Below are positions 38,004 to 47,685 of a stretch of DNA of 64,000 bases, in pieces; the stretch's first letter is position 1, and each line of letters starts with the position of its first letter. Source of the stretch: a virus. Its lineage: Duplodnaviria > Heunggongvirae > Uroviricota > Caudoviricetes. The notes beneath the pieces are model-generated. The model was not told where the DNA came from and made no database searches. It worked only from the letters and a program-made list of their open reading frames with translations. A program made the translations under genes and the position numbers. The stretch lies in the IMG/VR virus record IMGVR_UViG_3300021399_000141. One strand, 5' to 3'.

Positions 38004-38674
38004 TAGAACCTGAGAAAATAGTCTGATGGTCTGAAAAAATTATACCCAGTCGGGTCACCTGACGATATGCCCGGTTGATATATAAGATTGTTAATAGGTG
38101 TTGTGTTACAGCTATTATCTACCCAGAACGTGACTTGATCCCAAGGTTGCCTACATCTATATTTTCTGCTATCAATCAGCCAATCTGGCCATTCGGTCAC
38201 GTTTTTTAAGGCTATTATCGGTGGAAGTCTTAGGACAAAGTTTACTGATGTTCCGTCTGGTGATGATATTGTTACATTGGCTCGTTCCAATTGAATCATC
38301 CGGGAATAAGCCGTTATCTTACCAAGTGTGTATGCTTTGCACATATCGGGTGGAGCACCAGGATTTACTATATCTACCAGGTTTTCTGCAGGACAAAAAA
38401 ACTGAATCATAAAAACAGGATTACCCGGTCCAAACTTCAAGTGAGGCTTGCCGTACTCTTGCTCCAACGTCGTGATTTCAGACTTCTCTATTTCCAGATA
38501 CGTGCCTACAGCCGGTTCAGGCTTCCACGTTTTGGAATGCTCGGCAAACCATGAATATATATGACTGTCAGGATATTTCTTTTGGAACTCATCGTCTTCA
38601 ACCTTCCAACGCAAATACAAGTCGGCTTGTTTGTCGGCTTGTTCTATTCGTTCATCAATATCTAATACACTCAC
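38003..38674 (-). CDS. hypothetical protein
   Basis: ORF track 223 aa. Confidence 0.5.
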   Translation of the reverse strand: MSVLDIDERIEQADKQADLYLRWKVEDDEFQKKYPDSHIYSWFAEHSKTWKPEPAVGTYLEIEKSEITTLEQEYGKPHLKFGPGNPVFMIQFFCPAENLVDIVNPGAPPDMCKAYTLGKITAYSRMIQLERANVTISSPDGTSVNFVLRLPPIIALKNVTEWPDWLIDSRKYRCRQPWDQVTFWVDNSCNTTPINNLIYQPGISSGDPTGYNFFRPSDYFLRF

Positions 38675-38691
38675 AACATATATAGTAATTT

Positions 38692-39030
38692 TTAGAATAG
38701 AGATAATTGCTCACCTCTATACTTGCGCAAGGTTCCGCGCAAATCTTGTGTTCGACAGATCTCCATGTACAAGTCTTCTTCAGGATCCCCCTTCTGCCAT
38801 TCATAAGGCTCCACATCCTGAATGACGACCGGATTCAGTCTTTGGCCTGTTTTCTTGTAGTAGTACTCAGCTTGACTCGGCGTCACATTCTGAAAGGTGG
38901 CTACCGCCCAAAGAAAGAAGTCCAGATGTTTGTCTATCAGTTCTTCAATGGTACAACCTTTATATCTGGTGTACCAGAAACGAACAATAGGCCATTCCGC
39001 CTGTCTATCTTTCTTGAGTTGATTGAGCAT
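38692..39030 (-). CDS. hypothetical protein
   Basis: ORF track 112 aa. Confidence 0.45.
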   Translation of the reverse strand: MLNQLKKDRQAEWPIVRFWYTRYKGCTIEELIDKHLDFFLWAVATFQNVTPSQAEYYYKKTGQRLNPVVIQDVEPYEWQKGDPEEDLYMEICRTQDLRGTLRKYRGEQLSLF

Positions 39031-39406
39031 GCTTTTCTGCGATGAGTTTTATACAACGCTTGACTCCGAACGCTAGTGCCGTCATCGGGTCATGATAATC
39101 ATACTGCGAATCGAGACATATCAGATTATCACTATCTTCCCATCGTACGACGTACTTAAACGTATACGAGATGTGCTTCCGGTCCAGATCATGTATCCAG
39201 GGTTCAATGGTCACCACAGCATTGTATTTGTTGAACAACCAGGCTAGGACAAGACTTACACGGGGCGCCCAGACACCATCAGGACATTCCTCGAATCCGT
39301 TTTCAGGATAGAAGATACTGTTACGACTGTTACCCCAATCGAACCCTAATTCAGCTAACCGTTCCGCGTCTTCGCGTACGAGATATGTTTCGTGTTCTTC
39401 AATCAT
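39005..39406 (-). CDS. hypothetical protein
   Basis: ORF track 133 aa. Confidence 0.45.
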   Translation of the reverse strand: MIEEHETYLVREDAERLAELGFDWGNSRNSIFYPENGFEECPDGVWAPRVSLVLAWLFNKYNAVVTIEPWIHDLDRKHISYTFKYVVRWEDSDNLICLDSQYDYHDPMTALAFGVKRCIKLIAEKHAQSTQER

Positions 39407-39588
39407 AATTGATTATTCATTGCTAAAAAGAAAATACCTATATATAGGATACTGATAATCACCCATATGATCTTGGCAGACCATCCTTGTATCTGTTTAA
39501 TAGGTGTACCCATGATCATAGTGGACAGTCCTAACATGAAGCCAATGATACAACATACGAATGCTTCTGTTAAACCTAGTGTGTACAT
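39403..39588 (-). CDS. small membrane protein
   Basis: ORF track 61 aa, hydrophobic. Confidence 0.4.
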   Translation of the reverse strand: MYTLGLTEAFVCCIIGFMLGLSTMIMGTPIKQIQGWSAKIIWVIISILYIGIFFLAMNNQL

Positions 39589-39589
39589 C

Positions 39590-40054
39590 TTACTTCTGCT
39601 CTAATGATTCGATAATCTCATTACGACTTGCTATCCGTCCGTCCTCCTGTAGGAACCCAAGGAAGCTGTTGATGACCATGAGAGACATAGGCTCTTTCTT
39701 GGCGTACTCAGGAATGTACCCTATGATTGGAATGTTCCTTCCATAAGCGTATCCGAGTTCCCATGCCGTACCTGTAGTGCCTTTACGTCCGTCGTACAGC
39801 GCGATAACCAAATCTGCCTCTTCGATATGTTTGAGGTCGGACCAGAACACATTCCGCGCCCATTTGTGATTAGGAAGATGCCAAGATCCGTCCGGGTTCT
39901 GATAGTCGCCTTCCACCTTGTACTCCATCGGGATGTACAGATCCAATTCGCCCGTGTTGGTATTATATGCTTTCTTGACGAGGTTGATCATATGGAGAAG
40001 TGCCTCCCTATGATGTGGCTCCGCGAACGGACCCGCTATATAAATCTTGTCCAT
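39590..40054 (-). CDS. nucleoside 2-deoxyribosyltransferase-like protein
   Basis: MDKIYIAGPF ... LYDGRKGTTGTAWELGYAYG pattern typical of the NDT fold. Confidence 0.45.
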   Translation of the reverse strand: MDKIYIAGPFAEPHHREALLHMINLVKKAYNTNTGELDLYIPMEYKVEGDYQNPDGSWHLPNHKWARNVFWSDLKHIEEADLVIALYDGRKGTTGTAWELGYAYGRNIPIIGYIPEYAKKEPMSLMVINSFLGFLQEDGRIASRNEIIESLEQK

Positions 40055-40084
40055 GTTTTAATATATTGCTTTTTCGGTATTGTT

Positions 40085-40459
40085 TTATTGTTTTCTGATG
40101 TTTTTTAAGAACTGCACCATGTCATCACTTAATGTTGTGCGCAAGCGACCATCATGATGTATATCCAGTTTAGTCTGAACACCTAATTTGAACTCTTCTT
40201 CGGTCTGGTAACGCTTACGGCAGTTCAGCCAACTGATGTGTGGGTCCGAACTACACATCTTTTCTGAGCAGAATATATATGTGTTTGCACCATACTCCCT
40301 TCCAAAATGGACTGCAACGGCACGAGCGTTTCGTTTCTTACAGCTGTACTCGCTTCGAGTGATCATGTGATCCTCCAACCAACGTACGAGCCCGTCTATG
40401 TCTTTTATGTCTTCTTTGAGTATGTACATATTAGAACCCCCCGTTGATAAAGTTGTCAA
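40085..40459 (-). CDS. hypothetical protein
   Basis: ORF track 124 aa. Confidence 0.45.
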   Translation of the reverse strand: MTTLSTGGSNMYILKEDIKDIDGLVRWLEDHMITRSEYSCKKRNARAVAVHFGREYGANTYIFCSEKMCSSDPHISWLNCRKRYQTEEEFKLGVQTKLDIHHDGRLRTTLSDDMVQFLKNIRKQ

Positions 40460-41006
40460 TCATATCGTAGAACTCACCTGCTCTGTACTCGTCCATCCAC
40501 TTAGGCAACTCGATCTTGCTCTTGTCGATAGTCACACCCGGAATATTGTTCGTCAGCATCTCCAGTGCTTCTACGAAAGGCTTTACGATCATACGTCTCT
40601 TGATCTCCTCTACCTCTTCCGGGGCGCATCTAGAAAGCACTATCTTGTTCTTACATCGAGTGCGCTCTACACCGTTAGCGTGAAACTCTATCGTTTCATT
40701 GCATCCGTCCATCCGACGTACGATAAAGGTGTCCTTTACCCATCCGGTTCTTTCGAACTTCACCAGGAACTCTTCGTTACCTCTTTTGGCCTTGAGATAC
40801 TCACCAGCTTCACAATCCATAAAACTCTTGAGGATATGGACATGTGCTACGAGCTTCGTGCTAATGATGGGGAAGAGGTGATCCTCAATGTATTCGTCTG
40901 TGATATCTTCCCGATTGTGAACGTCAGACACGTAAAACACCTTCTTATCCGTTCCGCAAACCTTCTTTCCTAATTCGCTAAGCGTTAATTCTACTACGTA
41001 ACTCAT
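40431..41006 (-). CDS. hypothetical protein
   Basis: ORF track 191 aa. Confidence 0.5.
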   Translation of the reverse strand: MSYVVELTLSELGKKVCGTDKKVFYVSDVHNREDITDEYIEDHLFPIISTKLVAHVHILKSFMDCEAGEYLKAKRGNEEFLVKFERTGWVKDTFIVRRMDGCNETIEFHANGVERTRCKNKIVLSRCAPEEVEEIKRRMIVKPFVEALEMLTNNIPGVTIDKSKIELPKWMDEYRAGEFYDMIDNFINGGF

Positions 41007-41039
41007 ATCTTCTAATGTTATATTGTTCTTTTATGTATA

Positions 41040-41195
41040 TATAAGAAAAAAAAGAGGAGATCTTTAATGAAATCCCAAAGACTTTCAGGACTTTGTTAAT
41101 GAAATTCCGTGGGAATTTATGACTGCGTTAATGAAATCCCAAAGACTTTCAGGACTTTGTTAGTGATTTCCTCTGATTTTCTTTATTTTTTTTTG
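41040..41195. repeat. intergenic array of approximately 32-bp hairpin-containing units (TTAATGAAAT-hairpin-CAGGACTTTG)
   Basis: unit ttaatgaaatcccaaagactttcaggactttg occurs twice with a variant between; related units at 45858-45925 and 35069-35150. Confidence 0.6.
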
Positions 41196-41196
41196 G

Positions 41197-41841
41197 TCAC
41201 AGTCCATTACAGAACTTACGCGCGACTTCTTTGGCATATGCTTTGATAGACCAAGCAGTCTTTCCGTACTTACTTCGAACCTGAACACCATCTACTCGCG
41301 CCTCCCATTTACCATCCGCGTTCTTATAGTACTCTACTTTGTCGTAGTCGTACTGATTGGTGTCCAGCGGGTATACTAATTCCTCTTTCCAGACCTCATC
41401 AATGACTCGCATAGGATTCTTTTCAGAAAGAGGCATGTACGTGAGCCCATTGGCTAACATCAGCGTGCGACCGGTTTTCAATAATCGTAATCGATCGCGG
41501 AGCGTCTGTTCTTCCAATCCACAGGCGGCTTCCAACCAGGATTGATTCTTGATGTGCTCTTCCATCTCTACTGCTATGCGCCAGGGAGAGGAAGGATGGT
41601 TCATTATGATCTCAGGCTTGTTCGGATCATGGATACCTTTTATGACATACGTGCCTTCTTTGCGATCTTCGAAACCATCTGTAAACTCTCGCCTCATGAC
41701 TTTATTGAAATGATCAAGAACATCTTGTTCTTTATGAGGTTGCAGGTACCAAGTACCGTTGTCTAGCTTTACGAAATGATACATAAGATTAGATATTAAA
41801 TGTGTTACGTAATGCGATCTCGTCCATTTGACGCAATGCAC
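41197..41841 (-). CDS. hypothetical protein
   Basis: ORF track 214 aa. Confidence 0.5.
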   Translation of the reverse strand: MHCVKWTRSHYVTHLISNLMYHFVKLDNGTWYLQPHKEQDVLDHFNKVMRREFTDGFEDRKEGTYVIKGIHDPNKPEIIMNHPSSPWRIAVEMEEHIKNQSWLEAACGLEEQTLRDRLRLLKTGRTLMLANGLTYMPLSEKNPMRVIDEVWKEELVYPLDTNQYDYDKVEYYKNADGKWEARVDGVQVRSKYGKTAWSIKAYAKEVARKFCNGL

Positions 41842-43042
41842 TCACCGATACCATTTTGTATCCGAAAGTGGAATCCGTGTTGATCTGTCCACCGTAGAAC
41901 TTGTTGGCGTAATCGTAAATAGCTTGGAGCTGCGCCTCAGTAGGACACCATAGCTTACGATCTTTGCCTACCTCCTCACGCTTGAAAGCGAATATTCCAA
42001 ACACCCTGTCGTGGTGTATCTTCATGTAACCTTCTTGCATGAGCGCGTATTCGATATCGAATGAGTTACTCTGTTTGAACTCTTTGAACTTCTTTTCTGC
42101 GAGCATGTCGCCGAGTTGTACGTGGAGGAGTTCGTTGGTCTCGCCCTTCAAGCCATAGAATGTTCCGTCCGGGGCAAGATATCCTGCATCGTATCCGTCA
42201 AGGATGTCTTTTGATAAGATGCCGTCTCTAAAGAACTCCTTACCGAACATCGTCTTGTTCATCTCTTCGTACATCTGCTCCTTCATCTTGATCACTTCCT
42301 CATCGCAAGCAACGTGATGATAACCTTTTTCTGTGTCGTAGAAGTCGGACAAATAATTGTGCAGGCAATTTTCAAACAAGTCAGCGATGAAAGGAACGTG
42401 TTTAATCAGATCCCACTTCAGCAACCATTCCCACATCTTACTCAATTTAACTAACTCGTTGTGTAAGTTCTTTATAGCGCGTACATAGCGTACAATGCAG
42501 TAGTACCCCAATTCTTCACTATTGAGTTCTTCGATGTTCTCGTCACCCAGAGCCATCATTCGTTGAAAATTAGGCAGTTTGTAATTGCCTTCAATCTGAT
42601 GACCGGCCAGATAACGTGCTGTCAGAGTACATAGTGGGGACAACTCATCTTTGTTGTTAGACGGATTGGTCATGTATCGCGTCAAGCAATAGTCGTTGAG
42701 ATCGATTGAGACCTTGGACTTCAGCCAGTCGATGTATTCACAGTACTCTTTCGCTCTCTTGATAGAGGAACTGATAACTACGTTCCAATCCTCCAAGTGA
42801 ACCCGACTCTCTTCTACTACTTTGACATCATCCGTGACATCGATGTTTCGTCCGCCATCGATAGGTCTGATAGCGTACTTCCCTTGGAGTATGCCTACAG
42901 CTAACGTTGCAGGAAATCCTTCGAACGACTGGGTGTACGTTCGCAGTGCTCCTTCGAAGTCTCCTACATTCATCTTGTTCTGCGCTATGTCCAAGAGAAC
43001 CTCATTGATGTTCACCCCTAATGTGAATTGAAGTCTTGCCAT
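41789..43042 (-). CDS. hypothetical protein
   Basis: ORF track 417 aa. Confidence 0.55.
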   Translation of the reverse strand: MARLQFTLGVNINEVLLDIAQNKMNVGDFEGALRTYTQSFEGFPATLAVGILQGKYAIRPIDGGRNIDVTDDVKVVEESRVHLEDWNVVISSSIKRAKEYCEYIDWLKSKVSIDLNDYCLTRYMTNPSNNKDELSPLCTLTARYLAGHQIEGNYKLPNFQRMMALGDENIEELNSEELGYYCIVRYVRAIKNLHNELVKLSKMWEWLLKWDLIKHVPFIADLFENCLHNYLSDFYDTEKGYHHVACDEEVIKMKEQMYEEMNKTMFGKEFFRDGILSKDILDGYDAGYLAPDGTFYGLKGETNELLHVQLGDMLAEKKFKEFKQSNSFDIEYALMQEGYMKIHHDRVFGIFAFKREEVGKDRKLWCPTEAQLQAIYDYANKFYGGQINTDSTFGYKMVSVSALRQMDEIALRNTFNI

Positions 43043-43051
43043 ATATTATTC

Positions 43052-43120
43052 TTTTATGTATATATATAAGAAAAAAGAGGAAATCTTTAATGCATTGCAT
43101 TAAAGATTTCCTCCATATTT
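43052..43120 (-). promoter_or_regulatory. terminator hairpin plus phage promoter motif (CATTAAAG ... TTATATATATACAT)
   Basis: 18-bp perfect inverted repeat gaggaaatctttaatgca/tgcattaaagatttcctc; on the minus strand followed by T-run and TATA element abutting the ATG. Confidence 0.55.
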
Positions 43121-43133
43121 TTAGATAGTATTT

Positions 43134-43946
43134 CTACAAAATTCTTTTACCAATCGTTATTTTCTTGGCAACAACTTTAGAATCCCAGCGTCTTTCATTA
43201 CATACTCCTTCAAGCTCAACTTCGCGAATCACCATGTCTCCTCCAAATGTCCCGTCATAATAACTAAATACGTCTGCAAGATTTAAACAAGCATGAAAGC
43301 CACAATGACATAATATAGGTTCACCATCGAACTCGTATGTTTTACCTTCTTCATATTGAAAGCCTCGGCATGTCATATCAGGATAAAACCCTTTATACGC
43401 TTTACATTTACCGTCTCTAATAACCTGGTTTGCGTAGGTTTTGCCCCTAAAGATTATAGAAGCCAAATTGCCACAGCCTTCGAATGCACACCATCCTATG
43501 CGGATGACACTGTCAGGAATCTCAATAGACGTCAAACCTATGCAATCTTTAAAAGCATCACTTTCAATGCTTGTAACCCTATTTGGAATAGTTAAAGATT
43601 TCAAACCGATGCATCCTCGAAAAGCACTACCACTAATGCAAGTGATACTATTCGGAATTTTTATCGTGGTCAAACCGGTGCAATGACCGAAAACTCCGGT
43701 CCCAATGCTTGTGACACTGTCTGGGATCGTTATAGAGGTCAAACCTGTACAATAGCTGAAAACCCAGCATCCAATGCTTGTGATACTGTCTGGGATCGTT
43801 ATAGAGGTCAAACCACTACAGCCACAGAAAGCGCGGTTTCCAAAAGCTGTATATCCTTTGAGCATATCAGCAGTGATAACAGATACTTCATCAAAACCAA
43901 GTATTTCAACTTGTTCTCTTGTTAAAACTTTTTCTTCCATATTCAT
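43134..43946 (-). CDS. BspA-type leucine-rich-repeat protein
   Basis: tandem about 23-aa repeats ITIPDSVTSIG..F..C.GLTS. Confidence 0.55.
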   Translation of the reverse strand: MNMEEKVLTREQVEILGFDEVSVITADMLKGYTAFGNRAFCGCSGLTSITIPDSITSIGCWVFSYCTGLTSITIPDSVTSIGTGVFGHCTGLTTIKIPNSITCISGSAFRGCIGLKSLTIPNRVTSIESDAFKDCIGLTSIEIPDSVIRIGWCAFEGCGNLASIIFRGKTYANQVIRDGKCKAYKGFYPDMTCRGFQYEEGKTYEFDGEPILCHCGFHACLNLADVFSYYDGTFGGDMVIREVELEGVCNERRWDSKVVAKKITIGKRIL

Positions 43947-43958
43947 AGTATAAAATCG

Positions 43959-44477
43959 TTAATGGTTCCTTCCTAAAATAGTCAGACACTTCTCTACGTC
44001 GGAATCCCGTAGACCTACAGTCCAATCAACCTGTATGAAATGTTCTTTCTGTTCGTCTAACATATCGTTGTCATCGTCCAGAATGACATAATTGTCGATT
44101 TTTTCGCCTTTAAACCTTTCGCTAACCAGGCCCTGCTTGATCCAACTTTCCCATTCGTCCATCAGACGTTTGATCTCATCTCCCCGACAACCATGATACC
44201 ATCGATGAGGAGTGATACCAACCAGATAAGGCAGTATCCTTTCCAAACCAGGGTATTCAGCTAGTTTCAATATAGTATCATGTAGGTTGTATCGTCTCCA
44301 GGAAGAAGATAATATTATATAACACCCTGTCTTCTGGATCAGACCCATCAGTCTATTCACAGCCTCTTTGTCCACCCAGATATGATAGCCTTTTTGTCCT
44401 AGGTTCTCCTTATGCCAACGATGCGAATACTCTTCAGAGTTGAGCACACCATCTATGTCTAGGAAAATGGCTTTCAT
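43959..44477 (-). CDS. HAD-superfamily phosphatase
   Basis: motif I FLDIDGVL (DxDG). Confidence 0.55.
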   Translation of the reverse strand: MKAIFLDIDGVLNSEEYSHRWHKENLGQKGYHIWVDKEAVNRLMGLIQKTGCYIILSSSWRRYNLHDTILKLAEYPGLERILPYLVGITPHRWYHGCRGDEIKRLMDEWESWIKQGLVSERFKGEKIDNYVILDDDNDMLDEQKEHFIQVDWTVGLRDSDVEKCLTILGRNH

Positions 44478-45016
44478 TTGATATTCAATTGATTTTTAAC
44501 GCGTTCCAGCAGGTCTTCGTAAGGCATCAAGTCCTTTGAGATAGAGAACATCTGATCCCAGCAAGCTCGTGTAACCCGTTCAACAAGGACTCTGGTCACA
44601 TCATCTATGATCTCTTTGTTGTCTTGCACCACAGATGGTTCTGATGTCTTAGGATTCAAGGTTGCGTATTCTTTCTCGAAATCCGACACCTTAGCTGACA
44701 TATGCCAAAATAGGTGAGTCTTACCTGTAGGGACCATTTTGCATTTCTCACCGTCCCATTTTGCCGTAGGAATCTCTTCGAGCACACCTACTCGCTCGAA
44801 TATGTCGCGGTGTTGTTGAATGAATTTATCATCCGAGATACGCAGAGAAATAGATGCGCTCGGACCTAACCCGCTGAATGAATTAGTAGCTGTTGAGAAC
44901 ACGGTCCCTGTGTCAGAAAGGCGCCCGTAACTTTTTTTCACCCAATAGAGCCCTGTAGGTTTGTGTTTTAAACGATATACTTTTCTCATATTATATGTGT
45001 TATTCTCCTTGTTCAA
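44474..45016 (-). CDS. hypothetical protein
   Basis: ORF track 180 aa. Confidence 0.5.
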   Translation of the reverse strand: MNKENNTYNMRKVYRLKHKPTGLYWVKKSYGRLSDTGTVFSTATNSFSGLGPSASISLRISDDKFIQQHRDIFERVGVLEEIPTAKWDGEKCKMVPTGKTHLFWHMSAKVSDFEKEYATLNPKTSEPSVVQDNKEIIDDVTRVLVERVTRACWDQMFSISKDLMPYEDLLERVKNQLNIK

Positions 45017-45440
45017 TAACGTACATCATCAACCATTTGGAGTTCTTCAGCATTCTAACCAAACGATTGTTGTTCAACGAATCGGGACGCATCTTATTCA
45101 GTTTATGATACAGTTGTTTTGCGAACAAGTGTCTATTCATACGTTGTCCGTTATAGATGACGCTGCCGTTTATATTTGATAAAGCCCAGTACATCTCATC
45201 TTCAGCGATATTATCGACGTCTCGACTGAGTATATCATCGGCCTTTTTGATAGCTGCATCATAGGATCCTAACTGCTTCTGACCATGCCTGATCGACATG
45301 TAACGACTATTCTGCCAATTATATCCGCAGGACGCAACCAACTCGGATATCATTTGTCGTATGCTCTGATTGTATCTTTCTTCCTTATTCTTCATCTTCT
45401 GGATCCTCCTCTTGATCAAATAAACCATCTGCTGCAGCAC
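45000..45440 (-). CDS. hypothetical protein
   Basis: ORF track 146 aa. Confidence 0.45.
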   Translation of the reverse strand: MLQQMVYLIKRRIQKMKNKEERYNQSIRQMISELVASCGYNWQNSRYMSIRHGQKQLGSYDAAIKKADDILSRDVDNIAEDEMYWALSNINGSVIYNGQRMNRHLFAKQLYHKLNKMRPDSLNNNRLVRMLKNSKWLMMYVIEQGE

Positions 45441-45614
45441 TCAACCGACTTGCGAGTTCTTTCAGATAAGCACCCAACTCTTGATAGGTGGAGCACTCTG
45501 TGTACGCTCCTCTGGCACAGTACTCTAATTCATATCGAGCATCGAATGCGTCCCTCAGTACTGGAAGTACACAACTTATTTTTTCTTCATTCCATTCTGT
45601 CATATATCCTGTTT

Positions 45615-45821
45615 TTAGAGTTTCACATAATGAATCATTCCGTTGTCAAGCGTCACCCGAAGGACTTCATCCTTACTTCCAATAAGCTTACCGTCGTCAT
45701 AATAGGCGTTTGTAGGAGTCTGGATTCCTAAGACTCTGCGTGTGGTTTTTACAGTAGACCACAGATATTTGTCACCTGGTTTCAGTGGTGCCGCCTTATA
45801 ATTACTTATTCTTTTTCTCAT
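45615..45821 (-). CDS. hypothetical small protein
   Basis: ORF track 68 aa; promoter motif abuts start. Confidence 0.4.
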   Translation of the reverse strand: MRKRISNYKAAPLKPGDKYLWSTVKTTRRVLGIQTPTNAYYDDGKLIGSKDEVLRVTLDNGMIHYVKL

Positions 45822-46041
45822 ATGTATATATATAAGAAAAAAGAGAAAATATTTAATGAAATCTCAAAGGATTTCAAGACTTTGTTAATGAAAATCAAAG
45901 ATTTTCAAGACTTCGTAAGTGAATCAACAAAAATAGAATAGGTCATCTTCCCGATCAAGTGCGTCTTCAAAATCCACGTTGCGTGGTCTGATCTCATCGT
46001 CGAAGTACTCCTCTGGAAATACGTTCGGGATGTCGACCATG

Positions 46042-46446
46042 TCAGAAGAGGCTTTTTTGTTTGTACGAATCGATTTCGTCCTGCAGTTCGCGTTTGGCTT
46101 CCTCAACTCGTTTGTTAGCCTCGCGCAAGCGCTGCATACGTTCCTCAGTCCACTCATCAGGAGCCCCTTTACAGTAGCTAGGATAGTTCATCCAGTGCTC
46201 CACACCCAACTGGCTCAACTCGAGACTCTTCCAGTACCACTTATGGAACAGCTCCGGATCGATATTGTTGTCGACATCATATCGGATGTTCTCCATGGAT
46301 ACGAACATGTCACACACCTCGATAATAGTACCCGGATCACTCCCGACCCACATGTACGGGTCGTACTCGTACTCATGACGTTCACAGAATACCCGAAGGT
46401 ATTCATCACAGATCTCACTCCAACGTGTCTTTAATGGTCTTTGCAT
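46042..46446 (-). CDS. hypothetical protein
   Basis: ORF track 134 aa. Confidence 0.45.
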   Translation of the reverse strand: MQRPLKTRWSEICDEYLRVFCERHEYEYDPYMWVGSDPGTIIEVCDMFVSMENIRYDVDNNIDPELFHKWYWKSLELSQLGVEHWMNYPSYCKGAPDEWTEERMQRLREANKRVEEAKRELQDEIDSYKQKSLF

Positions 46447-46680
46447 ATATATAAATGTATTTATGATATTTTCGAATCATTTCCCCAAACATCCCAGCCC
46501 TCGTAATTATCGCGTGCAAAGAGTTCTATGCGTTTTCTGTTGCCGCACAGTTCAACGATAGAATCTCTTATTATATCCGGTTTTTTGGAGTGTTCTTGTC
46601 TTGGGTATTCTATAAAAGAATTGATATTGTGTTTCTGTACTAACTTATGTGCATCTTTTCCTTTTGTGGCTATCAGACAT
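46447..46680 (-). pseudogene. MT-A70-like adenine methyltransferase C-terminal fragment, no start codon
   Basis: frame-2 translation ...EYPRQEHSKKPDIIRDSIVELCGNRKRIELFARDNYEGWDVWGNDSKIS* matches the C-terminal block of MT-A70/Dam-family methyltransferases; no in-frame ATG and no upstream catalytic half. Confidence 0.4.
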
Positions 46681-46748
46681 ATAAATATATAAAAAACGGA
46701 GGTAATCTTTAATGAAATACCTCCTGAAATATATTGGAAATAGCTTTG

Positions 46749-47486
46749 TTAGAATTCGATTAGTTTATAGGAAGCACCCAGACCGAAGTACATACCACCA
46801 CCCATGATGATTCCCGAACTGACCGCACCACCTGGTGGGATACACAAACCATATCCGACAAGACCTCCCACGCCCAGATGCAGAGCCAAAGACCAACGTT
46901 TGGGTTTGGTATATATAGAACTGCCCCGAATAGCCGCACCTTCGATGTCTGTGATGACCAGATACGGATTCTTGGATTCGACCCAGATGTTGTAGTTGTC
47001 TGTGAGTCCCACCCGAAGAGGAGCTGGTACTGTTATGCTATTGTATTGCGTAGTAGACCAGCCGTTATGAAGTGTGGTGAAGCCATCGATGTCGATCCAA
47101 TCATTCTTGTATCCAATATTTATATATACAGTGTCGCCAGAAACAGTAGATGTGTCCTCTGAAATCAGTGTATCATAACGGATCTGTGATTCGAGATTGG
47201 AGATATACGCCAGCTTAGAATTGAGTTTCTTTTCCAGCTCCTTCACTTCTGCTTTGGAAATATCCAAGTAGTGTTCTAGTTCTTTCTTTTCTAATATATA
47301 AGAACTCATTTCGTATACCAAATCGCCATTTTTGAGTTCCAGCACTTCAATTGAGTCCCGCGATACGTCTAGGTTATGACGTGCAACCTTCAGATCATGA
47401 CTTACCTTTCCTAATCCTAATAACAGTAGTAGGATTAAGAGTGCTATTATACCGTATCCGATTATTTTAGTCCACTTGTTGTTCAT
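46749..47486 (-). CDS. membrane-anchored protein with C-terminal glycine-zipper region
   Basis: N-terminal TM helix; C-terminus GVGGLVGYGLCIPPGGAVSSGIIMGGGMYFGLGAS. Confidence 0.5.
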   Translation of the reverse strand: MNNKWTKIIGYGIIALLILLLLLGLGKVSHDLKVARHNLDVSRDSIEVLELKNGDLVYEMSSYILEKKELEHYLDISKAEVKELEKKLNSKLAYISNLESQIRYDTLISEDTSTVSGDTVYINIGYKNDWIDIDGFTTLHNGWSTTQYNSITVPAPLRVGLTDNYNIWVESKNPYLVITDIEGAAIRGSSIYTKPKRWSLALHLGVGGLVGYGLCIPPGGAVSSGIIMGGGMYFGLGASYKLIEF

Positions 47487-47685
47487 ATATCACATCTTTT
47501 TTGCTTTGATGTTCAATCAAACGCTTAATCAGTGCATCCGCATACTGTATGGCTGCAACCGCATACACATCTTTGACCGCTTCTGTCTCCAGAACAGGAT
47601 GTTTTGTTGTTTCAATAATAGAACTCATGAAACTGATGGCTGCATTGTTGCGAACTTCGTCCCAATTGATATTCGAATTATTCAT
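47467..47685 (-). CDS. hypothetical protein
   Basis: ORF track 72 aa. Confidence 0.4.
   Translation of the reverse strand: MNNSNINWDEVRNNAAISFMSSIIETTKHPVLETEAVKDVYAVAAIQYADALIKRLIEHQSKKDVIYEQQVD

Noticed and set aside
45924-46157. ORF 45924..46157 as annotated in the track
   Set aside because: It overlaps gene 46042..46446 by 115 bp in another frame. Only a 39-aa remnant (45924-46040) would be compatible, so it is not reported as a gene.
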